This document shows positions 12,501 to 26,380 of a stretch of DNA of 64,000 nt, piece after piece. A model generated the notes under the pieces. The model was not told the DNA's origin, ran no database searches, and saw only the letters and a program-made list of their open reading frames with translations. The stretch's first letter is position 1. Every line of letters starts with the position of its first letter. The DNA lies in the NCBI GenBank assembly GCA_965202585.1, contig OZ241827.1, positions 45,756,001 through 45,820,000 on the forward strand, read 5' to 3'. Source of the DNA: Thalia democratica (Eukaryota). The position numbers and the translations under genes are program-made.

Positions 12501-15500
12501 CCAACAAACAAACTTGACAAGTTGAGCATGACAAGGGAAATGCATCCGGGTATTTTTATCTTCCCCTCCTCCAGCACGACGTCCGGGTGGAAATATGCGT
12601 GCTCGATCACCATCTCCTCCTCCCCGCAATTCTCGTGCGCCTTCTTCGACTCCTTCCCCGGTGCGGTCTCTCCTCCCTTGAACCCGACTCCTGCCGTGGA
12701 CTTTTTGCTGCGCTTCGATTTTTCTTCTTTTGTTTCGTTGCTGTTGTTAGGAGCTGGAAATTATGGGAAAATGTTGTTTTTAAAGTAAAGGTCACAATAA
12801 AAGTTCGGATTGACTATTCTATTTATTGCCAGGTTTCGGTGGGAAAAAATTACGTCCTTGTCAAATATAAATAAAGTAAGTAGAACAGTAAATGATTGTT
12901 ATTCTACTTTATATTTGACAAGGACAGAATAATTTTTCCCACCGGAACCTGGTAATAAATAGAATAGTCAATCCGAAGTTTTATTGTTATTAAAGTATAC
13001 TTTTTACTTTACAGTAAATTGTTTTTTAATCAAGATACATAAACTATAAAGTAAAAAAAAGAGATAAAAAACAACAAACTTTTGTCGGATTTTTTTGAGC
13101 TTTTTGATTTTTGGGTTTCAGAATCGTTGTTTTTGTCATTATTGGTTGTGTTTTTTCTTGTTGACTTGCTACTCACTGGTCGTTCTTTATTAGTTGTTTG
13201 TTTGTATTTTGTGTTACTTGGTGATCGTGACGATAACAAGTTTTCTTGTTCTGATCGACGTACCTAACAAAAAAGTTACATGAAAAAACTTACAATTTTT
13301 TTGTTTAACTTTAATTTTAATGTTTATTTATGTAAGAAGTACAAAGTTAGCTATATTGACTATAAAATGAAATAATTATAGTACTATTGATGTTAAACTT
13401 ATTTTAGTTCATTACACTATGATATTTATAACTTTGTTGTAATTATTGTTATTTATTGTGATAGTAATTTTTTACTTGACTTAAAAGAAAGTAACTTTTG
13501 GTATAGTATAAATTGAACATTGATCCTATATGTTAAAGTAGTCGCTAAAATTTAGATCATAACTTAAGTAACTTCCTATTTTAAAAATATCAAACTTGTA
13601 AAGTATTATAATTAAGCAAACAACAAAAGGCATTTTATTTTAACACTATATTGTAACTACTCCTCAATAGTTGTCACATGTAGAAAAATTTATAACTAAT
13701 TTTAAAAGCTCTTGTTGATACCTTTAAAAAATGCTTAACATATGCTTTAATTTTTCAAATTAAATAATCCCAACGTGTATTCTAGCTCAAAAATAAACTT
13801 TTGAGCGACCGAATTAACAACTAACTTCGTTTTGGGCCGCGACCATCTTTCTCCTGTCTACAATTTCTTCATGAGTTAACGTAATCTCGTTTAGCGAGGA
13901 AAAAATATGAAGGCAACCCTCATCGCTTATCTGATTGCACGAGACAGAAAGCGACAGCAAAGTTCTATTCAATTTTAACGCCTATACACAAAATTTGATC
14001 TACGATTTACTGCAAAAATTTTATAGGGCACAAAAGTATAGTTATGAAAGCGTAAAATACCAGCAATAAAAGTCAAGATCTAACCGTTGCAATTGATTTA
14101 GCTCCTTCATCGCCTATTTCATTTATACTCAAGTTTAAATTAACAATAGGGCATTGAGGAGTAAGCATGCTAGCAATACTGCTGGCTCCAATAGAGGTTA
14201 TTTTATTGTTTCTCAATGAAAAATTTGTTATTCTGGATATTTTTACTTAAAATTAAATAACAATTTTTATAGTTGATTTCATAATCTATATATTAAGCGT
14301 TTTGAGCAGTTTTATCAGCATCATCTAAGCTACCTTTTTAATTAAAAAAAATTAATCTTTACGTACATGTCTCAAAATTTTCACACATTCAACTCAGAAA
14401 GTTTTCTAAATCAATCAGAAAAAAAACAAATTAAAAAAACCAAAAGTTTTGAAATATTAAGTCTGTATAGAAATTGAACACATTAGTACTCTACTTAATC
14501 AAAGCTAATAAAAATAAATTAATCAAGCTTTTAAAAACGATAAACACTATTTATTTTAACTCTACTGCCATAAAAACTCACGACGGGTTATTTTCTATAA
14601 GCAAGTAGTAAGGTTCAGCTTCAGGAATTGGATTTGCTTCGAGGGCTACAGTTTTTATGGAAGGTATGCTTTTTAATACGCTTGCTAATGAAATAAGGCA
14701 ACTTTCATCTATTCCTACGTTCCATAAACTGTTTTGTGAAAAATTTAATTCATTGAAATTTAAAAAACATAAATTAAATAATATTTGCTGTAAAAATTAT
14801 TATAATATCTTTAATTAATTTTGTAATAAAAAATAACTAAGTTATTTAATTTTTTTTATATGTTTTTAGGTTATCTTAAATTTAAGTAATCTTCAACGCA
14901 TTTAAATTGTAAAATTAAATACAAAAATAATTGTTGTACAATTAAAGTTTAAGTTAAGTTTACTATTTTGGTAATACTTTTTTTTTATTAAAAAATCACA
15001 TCAAACTATATAGGATTGTATTAACACAAGTTTATCATTTAACTTTAGGAAAGCTGACATTAGTACACACAATGCTACTTATATACATAAAATTAGTATT
15101 TTACAATACTAATTTATTAACAAAAAAGTCAAAAAACTCTTTTTTCTTCACCGCATATGTTTATATATTTAGTACATCTTATACAAAAGGTGAATAACTT
15201 TATTGTACTAGTATATACTATATTACCGAAATATATTTTGTTAAAAGATCCTATCTGTTATTGAAATATTTTTAAACAAATTAAGTACTGTTAAAATACT
15301 AAAAAAAATTAAAATTAACTTTAAAAAGAAAAGTCTAACACAATTTTCTAAAATTGTGAATCTGTGTATTTAGTCGTAAAACTTAGAAAGTTAAATAACT
15401 TTTAAAATAACTGAAAAACATTAAACACATTTGTTCTTTTAAGCAGTATTAAATTTCATGGTATTTAATCTATAAAAATAAGTTAAGTATCAAACTTTAA

Positions 15501-17439
15501 AGTGGTAAGCTTTTCCATGAAACATTGCTTCATCACAACAAACACATTATCAAACACTTTCCAGTTTTTTATGTAAATTTCTTTTGCGTGAACAATAGGA
15601 AGATCAGATTTTTTTTCTTTTACTTCTTCATCATCTTTTTCATACTAAAAACGTTTCAAAATAGACTTGTTATTAAAGTATTATTACAAAAGTGTAATCA
15701 TAATAGTTATACTATTTTTCATTATCACTAACTTTTAGTATAAAAAATTGTGATTATGAGTTTTAAATAAACTATTGGTAATGATATAATTGTTTTTATT
15801 AAGTATTTAAAATAAAAATAAACAGCAAGTTTATACAATCATGTTGTTAAATTATGTTAAGTAGATCTTTTTCGGATAAAATTACCTGTATAGAAGGCTT
15901 ATATAGCTTGTAATTAGATACAGCACCATAAGTGCTGGGCAAGTTTAATTCTACTTCTGGATTTTCTGTGTTTATAAATTACATTATTTTTTTGTTTATT
16001 GTAGTTTTAATGAGTACCTGTAAGTTATAATTGAATTTGAAGCGAAAATAGTCACACAAAGAAAGTCTCACCTGTTTCTGTTTCTTTTATTAGGGGAAAT
16101 AAAGTTGAGGAAGGGTTATGAAACTTAGCTCTTGGTACAACCATAGGCGGAAGGCGTTTAGTTACTATTTTCTTCCAGTGTTCTTCAAAATCATTTGGAA
16201 AATTTCCAGTGTTTAGATGACTGTTTTGATCTTCAAAACAAGAGATTATTTATAAAATTCTGCTTGAAATTCAGAACTAAATAAAGTAATAACATATGTG
16301 TTATCAATCTTCTAAATATAATTTTTTTCTTATTTGTTATTTTCTAGTAGTTACTAATTGTTTCATAACGGACCCAAATCGTACTTAATATAAATAGGGA
16401 ATGCAACTTTGTACAAAGTTTATACATCAATTAAAAAAATAATTTTAATGTAGATCAATATAACATTAATTCGATATTTCAAACTACATTAGCTTAAAAG
16501 TTATCATACTTAAGAAATAGCTTCTAAAAATGGTTTTGCTTTATGGTTGTTTTATATAAAAAAAAAAAGGCTTATACTACATTTATAAATGAGAAAAGTT
16601 AATATCATAAATTTAATTAGTTTTGTGTTTCAATATTTTGTAAATGATAAGCAGATGTTCAATATAAAGTTTTAATATTTAAAAATAATACATTTTACTG
16701 AAAATAATCATGAAAATTTAAAAAAAGTGTTACTGTTTTTTTTATAGAATAGCCTAATAAAAGTTTCTAAAATCTTTTTTAAATATATTTTGTAAATTTG
16801 GTAACAATTATTTTATAACTTTATTGAAAACTACTAAACCTATGGTCTATTTTAAAGTATATATATACTGTTACAAGTACGAAAGTTGTCATAATAATTG
16901 TATGTTATTAAATTCATAACAAAAAAAAAGATATAAAAAACACTGAGTTAAAAAAATCTATTTAATTATCAATGAAGTATATAAAACAATACTTAATTTT
17001 TAACCATAAAAAAGAATTAAAAATATCTTTATGTTAAACCAATTTTTGAATGTTTTTTTATTTATTTGACAGTAGATTTTCCATTTTTAAAGTAATCAAA
17101 CTTTGATTAAAGCAACAACTATTCAAATGTTTTTGAGAAAATTGGCATTTATTGTGTTGTAGATAAAATTTTTAAAATTGGCTTGGAGATTTATACAAGC
17201 TAGAGTCTTGGTATTTTAGTAATAAATTTTCCTAATAATATTCAGTTTATTTTCAAGTTACATTTCACATTGTAACAAACGATTTTAGTTCTATATTTGT
17301 TAATTTTTTACTTGAAACATTAAAAAAAAACCAATAGGCTTGTGAAAACTAACTGGTTATTTTTCTTACCTAGAGTAGTAATGCTACCTCTTGATACAAT
17401 GACTCCAGGGAATGCTTTTCCTTTATCTTTTTTTTGCAT
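9582..17439 (-). CDS. LRRC71: Leucine-rich repeat-containing protein 71, about 516 aa, 11 coding exons
   Basis: Exons 17370-17439, 16072-16230, 15886-15965, 15496-15644, 14582-14728, 14085-14232, 13826-13981, 13080-13263, 12514-12753, 10419-10543, 9582-9674. All GT-AG and in phase (1551 nt). Motifs KPSIQ, KEIYIKNWKV, LWNVGI..VALEANP, SLRNNKI, IGDEGA, ALKLNRTLLSL, LTHEEIVDRR and GLLKLYLQRN follow the order I recall for LRRC71. Confidence 0.85.
9870..10234 (+). mobile_element. CAGGGTTGCCA-TIR MITE, copy 3, in the last LRRC71 intron
   Basis: Perfect TIR CAGGGTTGCCAC/GTGGCAACCCTG, 7-bp direct repeat TACACTA, subterminal TTCCAGGTTTT repeats. Confidence 0.9.
11607..12271 (+). mobile_element. Kolobok-like foldback MITE
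   Basis: Ends ttgaggacgtagggg and cccccatatgccctcaa. Other copies end CCCCTATGCCCTTAA, i.e. RR..YY termini abutting TTAA as described for Kolobok. Superfamily is an inference. Confidence 0.55.
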
Positions 17440-18329
17440 TTTACCTCTATAAATAAAGACTACTTTTATAAAAATAACTACATCATAATATTATTTAACA
17501 CAGCACTGCTTATTTTGTACTATAAAATAATTAACAATGTTTTATACGACTGTCATTCATTAAACTAGTGATCTTCTATATCCGAAAAATAGGATCAGGC
17601 TAAATTTTTTTTGGTAAGCAAGATTGATCTTATAGAAAATATTAAAGTTACTAGAAACTCGAATAAATACGAATTATAACAATATTTTTTTAATGTATCA
17701 AAAAGAAACATCAATCACTCAGAACTATTAGATTATGAAGTGTCAGAACTTGAATCATAAAGTGCCTAATTCATATTATGTTCTACCTACTAATTAAATA
17801 AATTTAAATTGTAGATTATAGTTAATTTATTTTTAGTCTAATTAAGTGGTTACAAAAAAGTGGTAAACTAGAACAGATCTGGCCACAGCGTATTTTAAAG
17901 CTCAAAAAAAATTCTGAAAACTATCAAAACTAAGTTTTTATATAAAACATATTTACAAATGTTCTCCTAGTTTGATCGTCTCTAAAGCGTTATACTTTTT
18001 GTATTACAATTTTTCTTTAGATGAGATTTTTAACTTTTTATATATAATTTAATAAATGCTTAGCAAAGACTTTTTTTAGTAGATCTGACTTCAAAAAAAC
18101 TTTTTGTACTACATATGTGGCCCTTTACATATACAAAGCTGCCAGTTGCTGTTATAGAAAACTAAGTGAAGTATACTAAGTTTAGTTGATAAGAACAAAA
18201 AAAACATTAAATTTTAAACCAGTACAGAAAAAATGTATTGGTGTGTCGAAAAAAAAAAAGAGGAAAGTGACAATAAATTAAAGGAACAGGAAGTCATACA
18301 TATTTTTTTTACTAAATTTATTATTGGTT

Positions 18330-18963
18330 CTTATATTAAAGCTTAAAGTACTTACTACAAGTCAGTTTTTATAGAATATGAAATTTTTATTTAGTTATTG
18401 AGATATAGATGTTTTTGTAAAAAAAAAATCTTTTACAAACGCATCAAATTGTTCAGTTCATTGACAATTTTCTCAGAAATTTTAAATTTCACTATAAATC
18501 TATCTTCTCTTTCATTTTTTGAGCTAGAGACCTCAAATTTTCAGGAAACGTTCCTTTTATAGTTAAAAAGACTTTGAATGCTGCAATTAAAAAAAAAATA
18601 ATAATAATATGTTTGATTAAAAAAATAGTAATTTTTTTTAATAACATTTATATTTTTCTAAGTTTAAATAAAAACATAAATTAAACCAATTTAAATACTA
18701 GTAATGGACTATCTGTGAAATTTGAAGAAAGTTGGTTAGAAAAATGAAGGATAAGATAGATTTTTAGTCAAATAGTCTTTTTTTGTATTTTTGGTTTGTG
18801 CCTTCCATTAGGAACCTATTGAGCACACCAATTTTGATCTCTTATATTTCAAAATTTACTTTTAAATTTATTAAGTGGTTAAAAATGTCTTATAGCCCAA
18901 ATAAAACTCTAAAAAATAAGAACAAATTGTAATAAAACCAGGTGGACTCCCCTATGCCCTTAA
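18330..18963 (+). mobile_element. Kolobok-like foldback MITE
   Basis: Shares ggtttgtgccttccattaggaacctattgagc with the 11.6-12.3 kb copy and ends cccctatgcccttaa. Left end approximate. Confidence 0.55.
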
Positions 18964-21900
18964 TCAACATCTTTTTATTAGTGATCAACCGGATTCATTC
19001 ACTTAAATTTCAGTTGGATGTCTAATTAAAAAAAAAACTTTGATTCTTAGTTTGTGGATCTGGCAAATCACTAATTTTGGCAAATGCATAAAAAAAAAGC
19101 ACCCATGCACAGTAGTGTAGAAAAAAATCATTTTTAAAACTTATATTAGATATTCTTGAGTTTGAAATGAATAGTAAAAAAAAAATTTTCCGCATATTTG
19201 TGGATAGGTTTGAGCTTTGGGTGTACAGAATATTTATATTAGTGTGCGCATATTTCAACTGTAGAGAGTCAATCAACTGGTTTAAAACATTTTAATTAAC
19301 TGTATCAGCACCTTGATTTTAAAAATGAATCCAAATTCAAAAACTAGATCTAGATCCAGTTTAAATCATTAAGCAGAAAAATAAAAAATGAATTATGAAG
19401 TACATTGATATTTTTGTAAAATTCAAAATTTAAAGGATACACAATAAAAATTTAAAAATCTTCAATCATATAAAAATTAATATGACATAAATATTTTAGC
19501 TTTTTGAAAAATTTAATATAATATACTAATATAAATAAATTTTATAATTATACCCAACCTGTAGAAAGCTAAAACTTAAAGTTTAATTTTAATACCAGAC
19601 AATTAAATAACTTTTATAAATGGCTAAACAATAAATAGCATTAAAACATACACTATGATATTTAGGTGATCAACTTATGAACAGTAATTATAATAATATA
19701 CAAAACTATTCCAAAACTAACATATTATTTTTTAAATACAATTTTATTACAAACCAAAAAATAAAATCTGAAAACAATTTGAAAAATTAAAAAAAAAAAA
19801 AGTATATTAAATATTAACAAAACTACTTGGATGCTGAAAGTCTCATGAAGCTTGCCATATTACTTTTGTTTTCTTTTGTTGTTGCAGTTACTTACTTTTG
19901 TTAAACTACTGTAAAACTAAAGTGAATCAAAAACAAAATTTATAATAAAGGTTAAAAAACTATGACAATTACTTATTCTAAAGAAGATAATAATTGGATA
20001 TTTATTCTAATGGGTAAGTTTTATGGATTATACAACTTAATTTTGTTGCTTTTGCATATGGACTTATTTGAATAATAAATGTAATTAATCAATCTTAGAA
20101 AATTAATATTTATAATTTTCAAGGTACATGATACTTTTCAAAACTTTAATTATTTTAAAATAACAATAAAGTTCAAGATTTTTTTTTGCAAAACAGAGCA
20201 AACTGCTTAACAAAGTAAAAATTGGAAGTTAAATAAGTAAGAAAATAAAAATTTACTTTGATAAGTGTTTTTGTTTATGTTTATTGCTTACCATAGCTAA
20301 ATTAATGTTTCAAAAACATAAAGTAAATCAGAAACCTTTTCAATTAGTTTTCTTAAAACATTCAATGGTTAACACGGTTATAATAAGATATAAAGTAGCA
20401 AAAAAAAAGTAAAAAGTTTAGTTGTGAAAAACACAAAGGTTGATGTTACTTTTCGTATTGAATGTCTTAAAAAAATTAGTTCTAATATTTTTTTTTTTTT
20501 TTAGTACATAACAATATTGGAAATTTGCCGATAAATAATAATAATATTTAATATTATAAATTGGAAAATAGTAAACATTTTGTAGAAGTTTTAAGTTTGC
20601 TTTTAATTAAAAAAAAATCTTAAGTTAATGCTCGTCAATTTAATTAACTGTTCAATTAGCTTTCCTTTTTAAATAACTCAAAAAAGACAAGTTAATAATT
20701 TTATTCAACACGATACAGAAACAAAAACTCAAACGTTTAGTAGGAGGACCTGAAGTATAAAAGCACCTAATAATTTTCGAGCTTTACATTAATTATTTCT
20801 TAAACTACTTCAAGCTACAAAAATAAAAATAAAAAACATGTTTTAACTTTAAAAACATAACGATTCTAAATTTTAAAGAAAATGTTTTAAGGAAAATAAA
20901 AACCATTAAACTCCAGTTTTCAATGCACAGTTCTTTGTTTCAATCGAAAATTTTTATTATTTTACAGCAGGGGTGGACAAATTTTCTAGTTAGCAGATCA
21001 AATTTACTATAAAATATAAATTACGGATCGCTCTTGTAAATAAAAGATAAAAGGTTATCGAATTAAAAAAAAGTTTTTTACAAAAAAAATTCATAGCTAA
21101 AAAAATTAAAAAAAAATGTTAAAAAAAAAAATATTGATTTGATGCAAAGTTAATGTCATTCAGGTCGGCAGGCAGTTGGTGCTCTCGGGCCAAATTTAAA
21201 GTTTCAAAATCTTTGCGGGCCGCAGTTTTAATTTAAGTCACATTTAAATAATTTATAGGTTTTAGTTTTAGTCACACACAAAAGAACATGGTTTTGGTTT
21301 TATTCAAGGAATTACTTTTATTCGCTTTATTAATTTTAATTTAAATGACTTTTTTCTATACACAGAAGGCTTTTCTAGATTTCACATATTTATTGAGCTA
21401 AAAATTACTTTAACTAATATACTTAAGTCTTGAGAAACTATTTACTATTTAAAAAATTTAATCATTAAATACTAGGTAGCAACCCTATGACAAAAAATCA
21501 ATCCTTTAACAATTCAAGAAAGACAAAAGCATATTTTATTTTAAACTCATAATAACTAATCAGCTGAAAACTGATTTTGTTATTTTAATTTAAGTATAAA
21601 TAGTAAACAGCATTAATCTTTCAAAAAAAAATTCAAATGAGTATGAGCTAGTCTGATTTTTACAAAATTTAACACAAGTCTGAGAATGTCTTAGTATATA
21701 GCAACACTAAAAACTATGATTTTTTTTAAATACTAAATCTATTAAATAGTTAAACAAAACAAAAATCATTTTTACATAATAATAAAGAAATAACAGTAAT
21801 AAATCTAAAAAATTGTATTAGTTTTACTAGAAATCAGTAGCTTATTTTTAATATTTATCATCTTTTTCTACTGTTTTATTTTGTAAAAGCTTGTTTTTCC

Positions 21901-23249
21901 TGTATAGTAACCATGGTATATGTATAATAAACAAAAAAACTGTTTTTTGGTGCTACTTTTAAACCTTAAAAAGAATGTAAACACAATGTGTTATTATATA
22001 TCTTTATTCTTAGTAAATTAGTTTCCAACACTTTTATTACAAAGCTAGGTATTGTTAAGTACAGCGACGTTCTATAAAAAAAAGTTTAAATTGATGTTTA
22101 AGTTTAAGAAGACCAAGGCTAACACTCTTTTAAGGCAAAGGAAAATTAGTTTTAGTTACTATAACCTTGCTTGAATCAGCCTGAATCAAAATACTTCAAA
22201 AAAGTTTTCAGGCTTAAATGCAATTGCATTAAGCCAGTGTAAAATTATATGTATATAATTAATATATACACTATTTAAATTCATAGCACCTTCAGGACTT
22301 AAAGTTTTACATATAATTAAAACTAAAAGTGTAAACTGAAAAAGACATACATCAAAAGTCTTCTTTGCCACTCTTCAAAGCAAAAAAGTCAGCCTGATGA
22401 TCAAAATCTAGTCGTAGATTTTAGAACTAATAAAAATTCAGCTAAAATTGTTTTTAATTTTCAAAAAATCAAAAAGTGCCACTATAAAACTTACTTTAAG
22501 TCGTCTTAAACTGGGCACAAGTGTTATGTGATAATTGCCACTTGTAAAAAACATCTAACTTAAAACTCCGAGGTCGTATTTTTTGGGTCCCATAAAGTTT
22601 GTATTTGGGTGATTTTCAGAAAATAGAATTCCGACAAGATGAAAGTTTCATATCATGTAAAATTTTACACTGGGTGTTTTTGTGGTATTTATACTAAAAA
22701 AATAGCTCAAAACTTAAAGGTCATCTTATTTATAAGCACCTTATTGTGCATAAGAATAAATTTAAAATGCACAGAAAAATTATTTAAAAAATCAAAAAAA
22801 CTCAAAATCAAAAACAAAAAATTCTACTTGTGTCTTTTTATTATGATGGTTAAATGTTTCCGTGTACATTTAAATTTAATACAGAGAGAAAATATCTATT
22901 ATAAAAACTTAGTTATAAATTAATGCTATACAAAACACCTAATTTGTGATGAAATCACATTTTAGTTCATTACTGTGCATTACTTTTGTACAAAATAGAA
23001 AACATTCGCATTTAGTTAATTTATTTAATAAATAACTTACTGAATCCAAGTACTTTTAAACTTATTTTTAGTTCACCAGTTGCCGTTGAAAAAAGGAAGT
23101 TAATATCTAAACTGATAAAAAAACCGTAAAAAAGCCAATCTGTCTTTTTCACATCTTAGGACTAAGCAGTGAAATTTTTAATGGGTTTTAAACGTTTTTT
23201 CCAGTGACATAAACGAAAAATAATCAATTACATTCTTTTACCGAAAAAA

Positions 23250-23416
23250 TCAACTTAAAAAATGTTTTGTTTGTCGGGCCACATTTACATGGTCGCGGGC
23301 CGCAAAAACTATTTTTCGCTGCCGCATTCCATTCAAAATAAAAACGTGCTCGTTGGCCGCAGATTTACCCTTTGCAGGCTGCAGTTTGTCCGCGGTCCGC
23401 AGTTTGCCAACCCCTG
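23250..23416 (-). mobile_element. hAT-type MITE end truncating the Penelope-like fragment
   Basis: Minus strand reads CAGGGGTTGGCAAACTGCGGACCGCGG, a hAT/Charlie-style terminus with GCGGCC-type subterminal repeats. Related ends lie near 20968, 21165 and 53817. Confidence 0.6.
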
Positions 23417-24020
23417 ATCTAACATAATCTTGAATTACCATGAATACTTGTTTCCTTGTTCTGTCGTATACGACAGGTTTTGCTAGATCTATCACACCCA
23501 ATCCATCGTCTCTATATAAACCACAGTTACTGAAAACTTTTCCCAGTATATTCCGATGAGGTTGCAAATCTCTGCACTATGGAAGTTTTCCATAGGCACA
23601 TCGAAAAAAGTGTCGGTATTTTTCTTTTTCCAAACATTGTTGTCTGAAAAAAGTAAGGAATCGCAAGCACGTAAAATAATTTCTTTATCGGAGTTTGCGA
23701 AGTTTGAGTAATTAGAAGCATAATTTAGGGAATTTAAAAGGTGTTCTTTAGTAATAGATAGATAAAATTCAACTATATCAAAACTAGCAAAACACTTATT
23801 GGTCTTATCACACATCGACGAAAACCACTTTAATAGCTCACCAGTATTTTCCGTTGGATCAAAACGGTGGCGGCTCTATCATTAATAACACTTGATAAAA
23901 TTACTTTAGATATTTTACCAATGTCTGTTTTACTTGTATTAACTAATCTGCATTTTATAGTGCTTGGAAGTTATCTTTATGGTCTTTTATAGTTGTATAC
24001 GATTTAGAAATAGCTAACTT
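23417..24020 (-). mobile_element. Decayed Penelope-like element reverse transcriptase fragment
   Basis: Across frameshifts: KDNFPSTIKCRLVNTSKTDIGKISK, QRKNTGELLKWF, FASFDIVEFYLSIT, VWKKK..FDVPM, AEICNLIG, GLYRDDGLGV. This is the PLE RT motif order with a YRDD catalytic motif. Confidence 0.8.
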
Positions 24021-26039
24021 ACGGATACGTTTACCAGATATATCATTCTTAGTTAATATTTTTCGGGCACAAGAGTTAATTCGGTCGACGGAGGTTTTAT
24101 CACATCTTCTGTAGTCTTTTGTGATGGAATTTAGTTTGATAACTTTAGTAATTTTTAGGTCTGACTTTATATAAATTCTTAGTTTTATCTGAAAAAACTA
24201 TTAATGTGTTTAATTTTTTTATTAAATTTATTAGATTGCTCAAAATTCTTTGAAAATTGTTAAAATTGTGTTTAAAGCCAATGCTGTTAATTAGTTGAAA
24301 CAATTCCGATTCAAAGACAACTATTTAGGGGTGCATCTATTGATAGTGAATGGTAATCTGCCAACTACGCTAAGTTTACTACCATTTGTAATCATTAATG
24401 TAAAGAACAGAATGGAATTTAAAAAAAATTATTTACAAAAAAGTGTTTTGCCATGTATGGCCCTTCTGTTACAATTGAATTAAAAAAACTAAAGCAAACA
24501 TGTATGAATACAATAAACATTGACTATTTTTTTACTGCTGTGTAATGTAGGTTTGTCACAAATATATATTTTTACTTTAAAACATTTTTCATCAATCTAG
24601 CAAAGTGATTTGTACATACTTTTGTAATAAAAAGTAGCTTTTAATTTTATAGTTTTTTTTCTACAATAGTTATATACATACAAGAATTTTCCTGGAAAAG
24701 ACGTTAAACCGTATCCAAATAATGTACAGACTTGATAACCGAAAGATTTTATTCGTACTTAGAACTAATGAAAAGTTTAAGTTGTTATTAATTATTGTTA
24801 CAATTTTTAAAAAATATTCTAAGAAAAGTTTTATGTTTTCAGCAATGCTATACCATACTTTCTAAAAAAACTATAAATATACTAAAGTATTTACAATTTA
24901 AAGGTAACTTTTAAAAAACACTGAAAATAATTTTAATAGTAACTTAAAGTTTTAAGGTTAATATAAACAGAAAAAGTATTTCTTTTTATATATTTTTACA
25001 ACTATAATATTTATCATACTTACTTTTATTCACTAATTGTCACCTATAAAACTTTCACTTTTCTTAAGTAGAAAAAATCATGATTTATGAAAATTAATTT
25101 AGGCTTTTTTTTTAAGTTCTTAATTTTTCTAAAGTTACTTGCTTAAATTGTTGTTTTTATAGAATAAAATCTAAGTTTTCAGTTCATTATTGTAAAATAA
25201 AATAAAAACTTAAAAAAAAAGTTTAAAATGTTTAATAACATAATCAAACTAACAGTTTAGAAAAAATCTGAAACTTTTCAGAAAACTAAGATTTTAAAGG
25301 GTACAATAAGGTCAAAATTAATGTTTTTAAAGTATATAAAAAGTAGAAGTTTTTTATTGTTTTTGTAAATTATTTAGCAAGCGTTGGACACAGGCATCAG
25401 AACCCGAGCCACTTAAACAAAAACATATGAAGAAAAAATAAATTAAATAAAACAAATAAAATGGAGCGCAAAAAAGTTACAATGATATTCAATACACAAG
25501 GTCGTTATTGAAATTAAAACAAAACGAAAATTTAGTTCGTAAAACGTAAACTTTTACGTTTTAATTAAAACTATAGCTTTTAAGGCAAATAGACTTTATA
25601 AAAATACTATTAAAACATATAATACGTTTAGTGAATACGATCTGTAGGATAAACTAGTCAAAAATATTTAGAACAATGAATTGAAGCAAACATATTTTTA
25701 CAAGGTACAGAAAACGATTTGATAATTTTTGAGGGAAGGCGTAGAGAAAAAATAGCTGTAAATAACTTTGAGCAATTAGCAGTATTTAATTTTGATAAAG
25801 AATCATTTTTTAAGAATTGTTTAATTTTCGTTTTATTTTTTATTTTTACAGAATTTTACTAATAACTATCCTTTTTTTTTTTACTGACCAATTTTTTAAA
25901 GTTTTAAACAAAATTCTGTATTCTCTCACACAAAAATTTCATTTTTTAGTAATTTTTACCTCAAAATAACACTTGTTTTGAAAAAATAATTCAGCTACTT
26001 TTAAAACTACTTTTGCAGATTGTTTACTTATCATTTCTT

Positions 26040-26380
26040 CTTAATGCATACTATTTGGAGAAAAAAATGTCAATAATATTTATATTTACCATTCAAATTT
26101 TAAAGTGGAGTATCTAATTAAATTTCCATCTTCTACATCTAGAGACTTCAAACCAACAAATTTAGAGTAATTGTTTAACATTTGATGCAACGGTTGCAAT
26201 CATGTAAACTTTCTATTTACCGTTTTAATTTTATTATCTTCTTTTTTATGATATGGTGACTAAAATTGATTGTTGAACTCCAGATTAATACGAACATATG
26301 ATATGACTAATTTTGTCAGAGTAGTTATTGAATCAGGTTTATAGCTTTTTAATATTTGATATGTTGATACTGATGCAGTC
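26040..26380 (-). mobile_element. Highly decayed CR1-type LINE ORF2 C-terminal fragment
   Basis: Minus strand gives TLTKLVISYVRINLEFNNQF*SPYHKK, resembling the CR1 consensus Y.RP.LEY..Q.WSPY.KK. Confidence 0.5.

Noticed and set aside
12435-12874. Four overlapping ORFs in a GC-rich patch
   Set aside because: They are wrong-frame or antisense shadows of LRRC71 exon 9.
19846-19905. Signal-peptide-like micro-ORF MKLAILLLFSFVVAVTYFC*
   Set aside because: Hydrophobic codons are expected in T-rich DNA, and no phase-compatible downstream exon was found.
22186-22923. 61-94 aa ORFs in the intergenic region
   Set aside because: K/I/F/L/N-rich composition typical of AT-rich non-coding and transposon-derived DNA, with no motifs.
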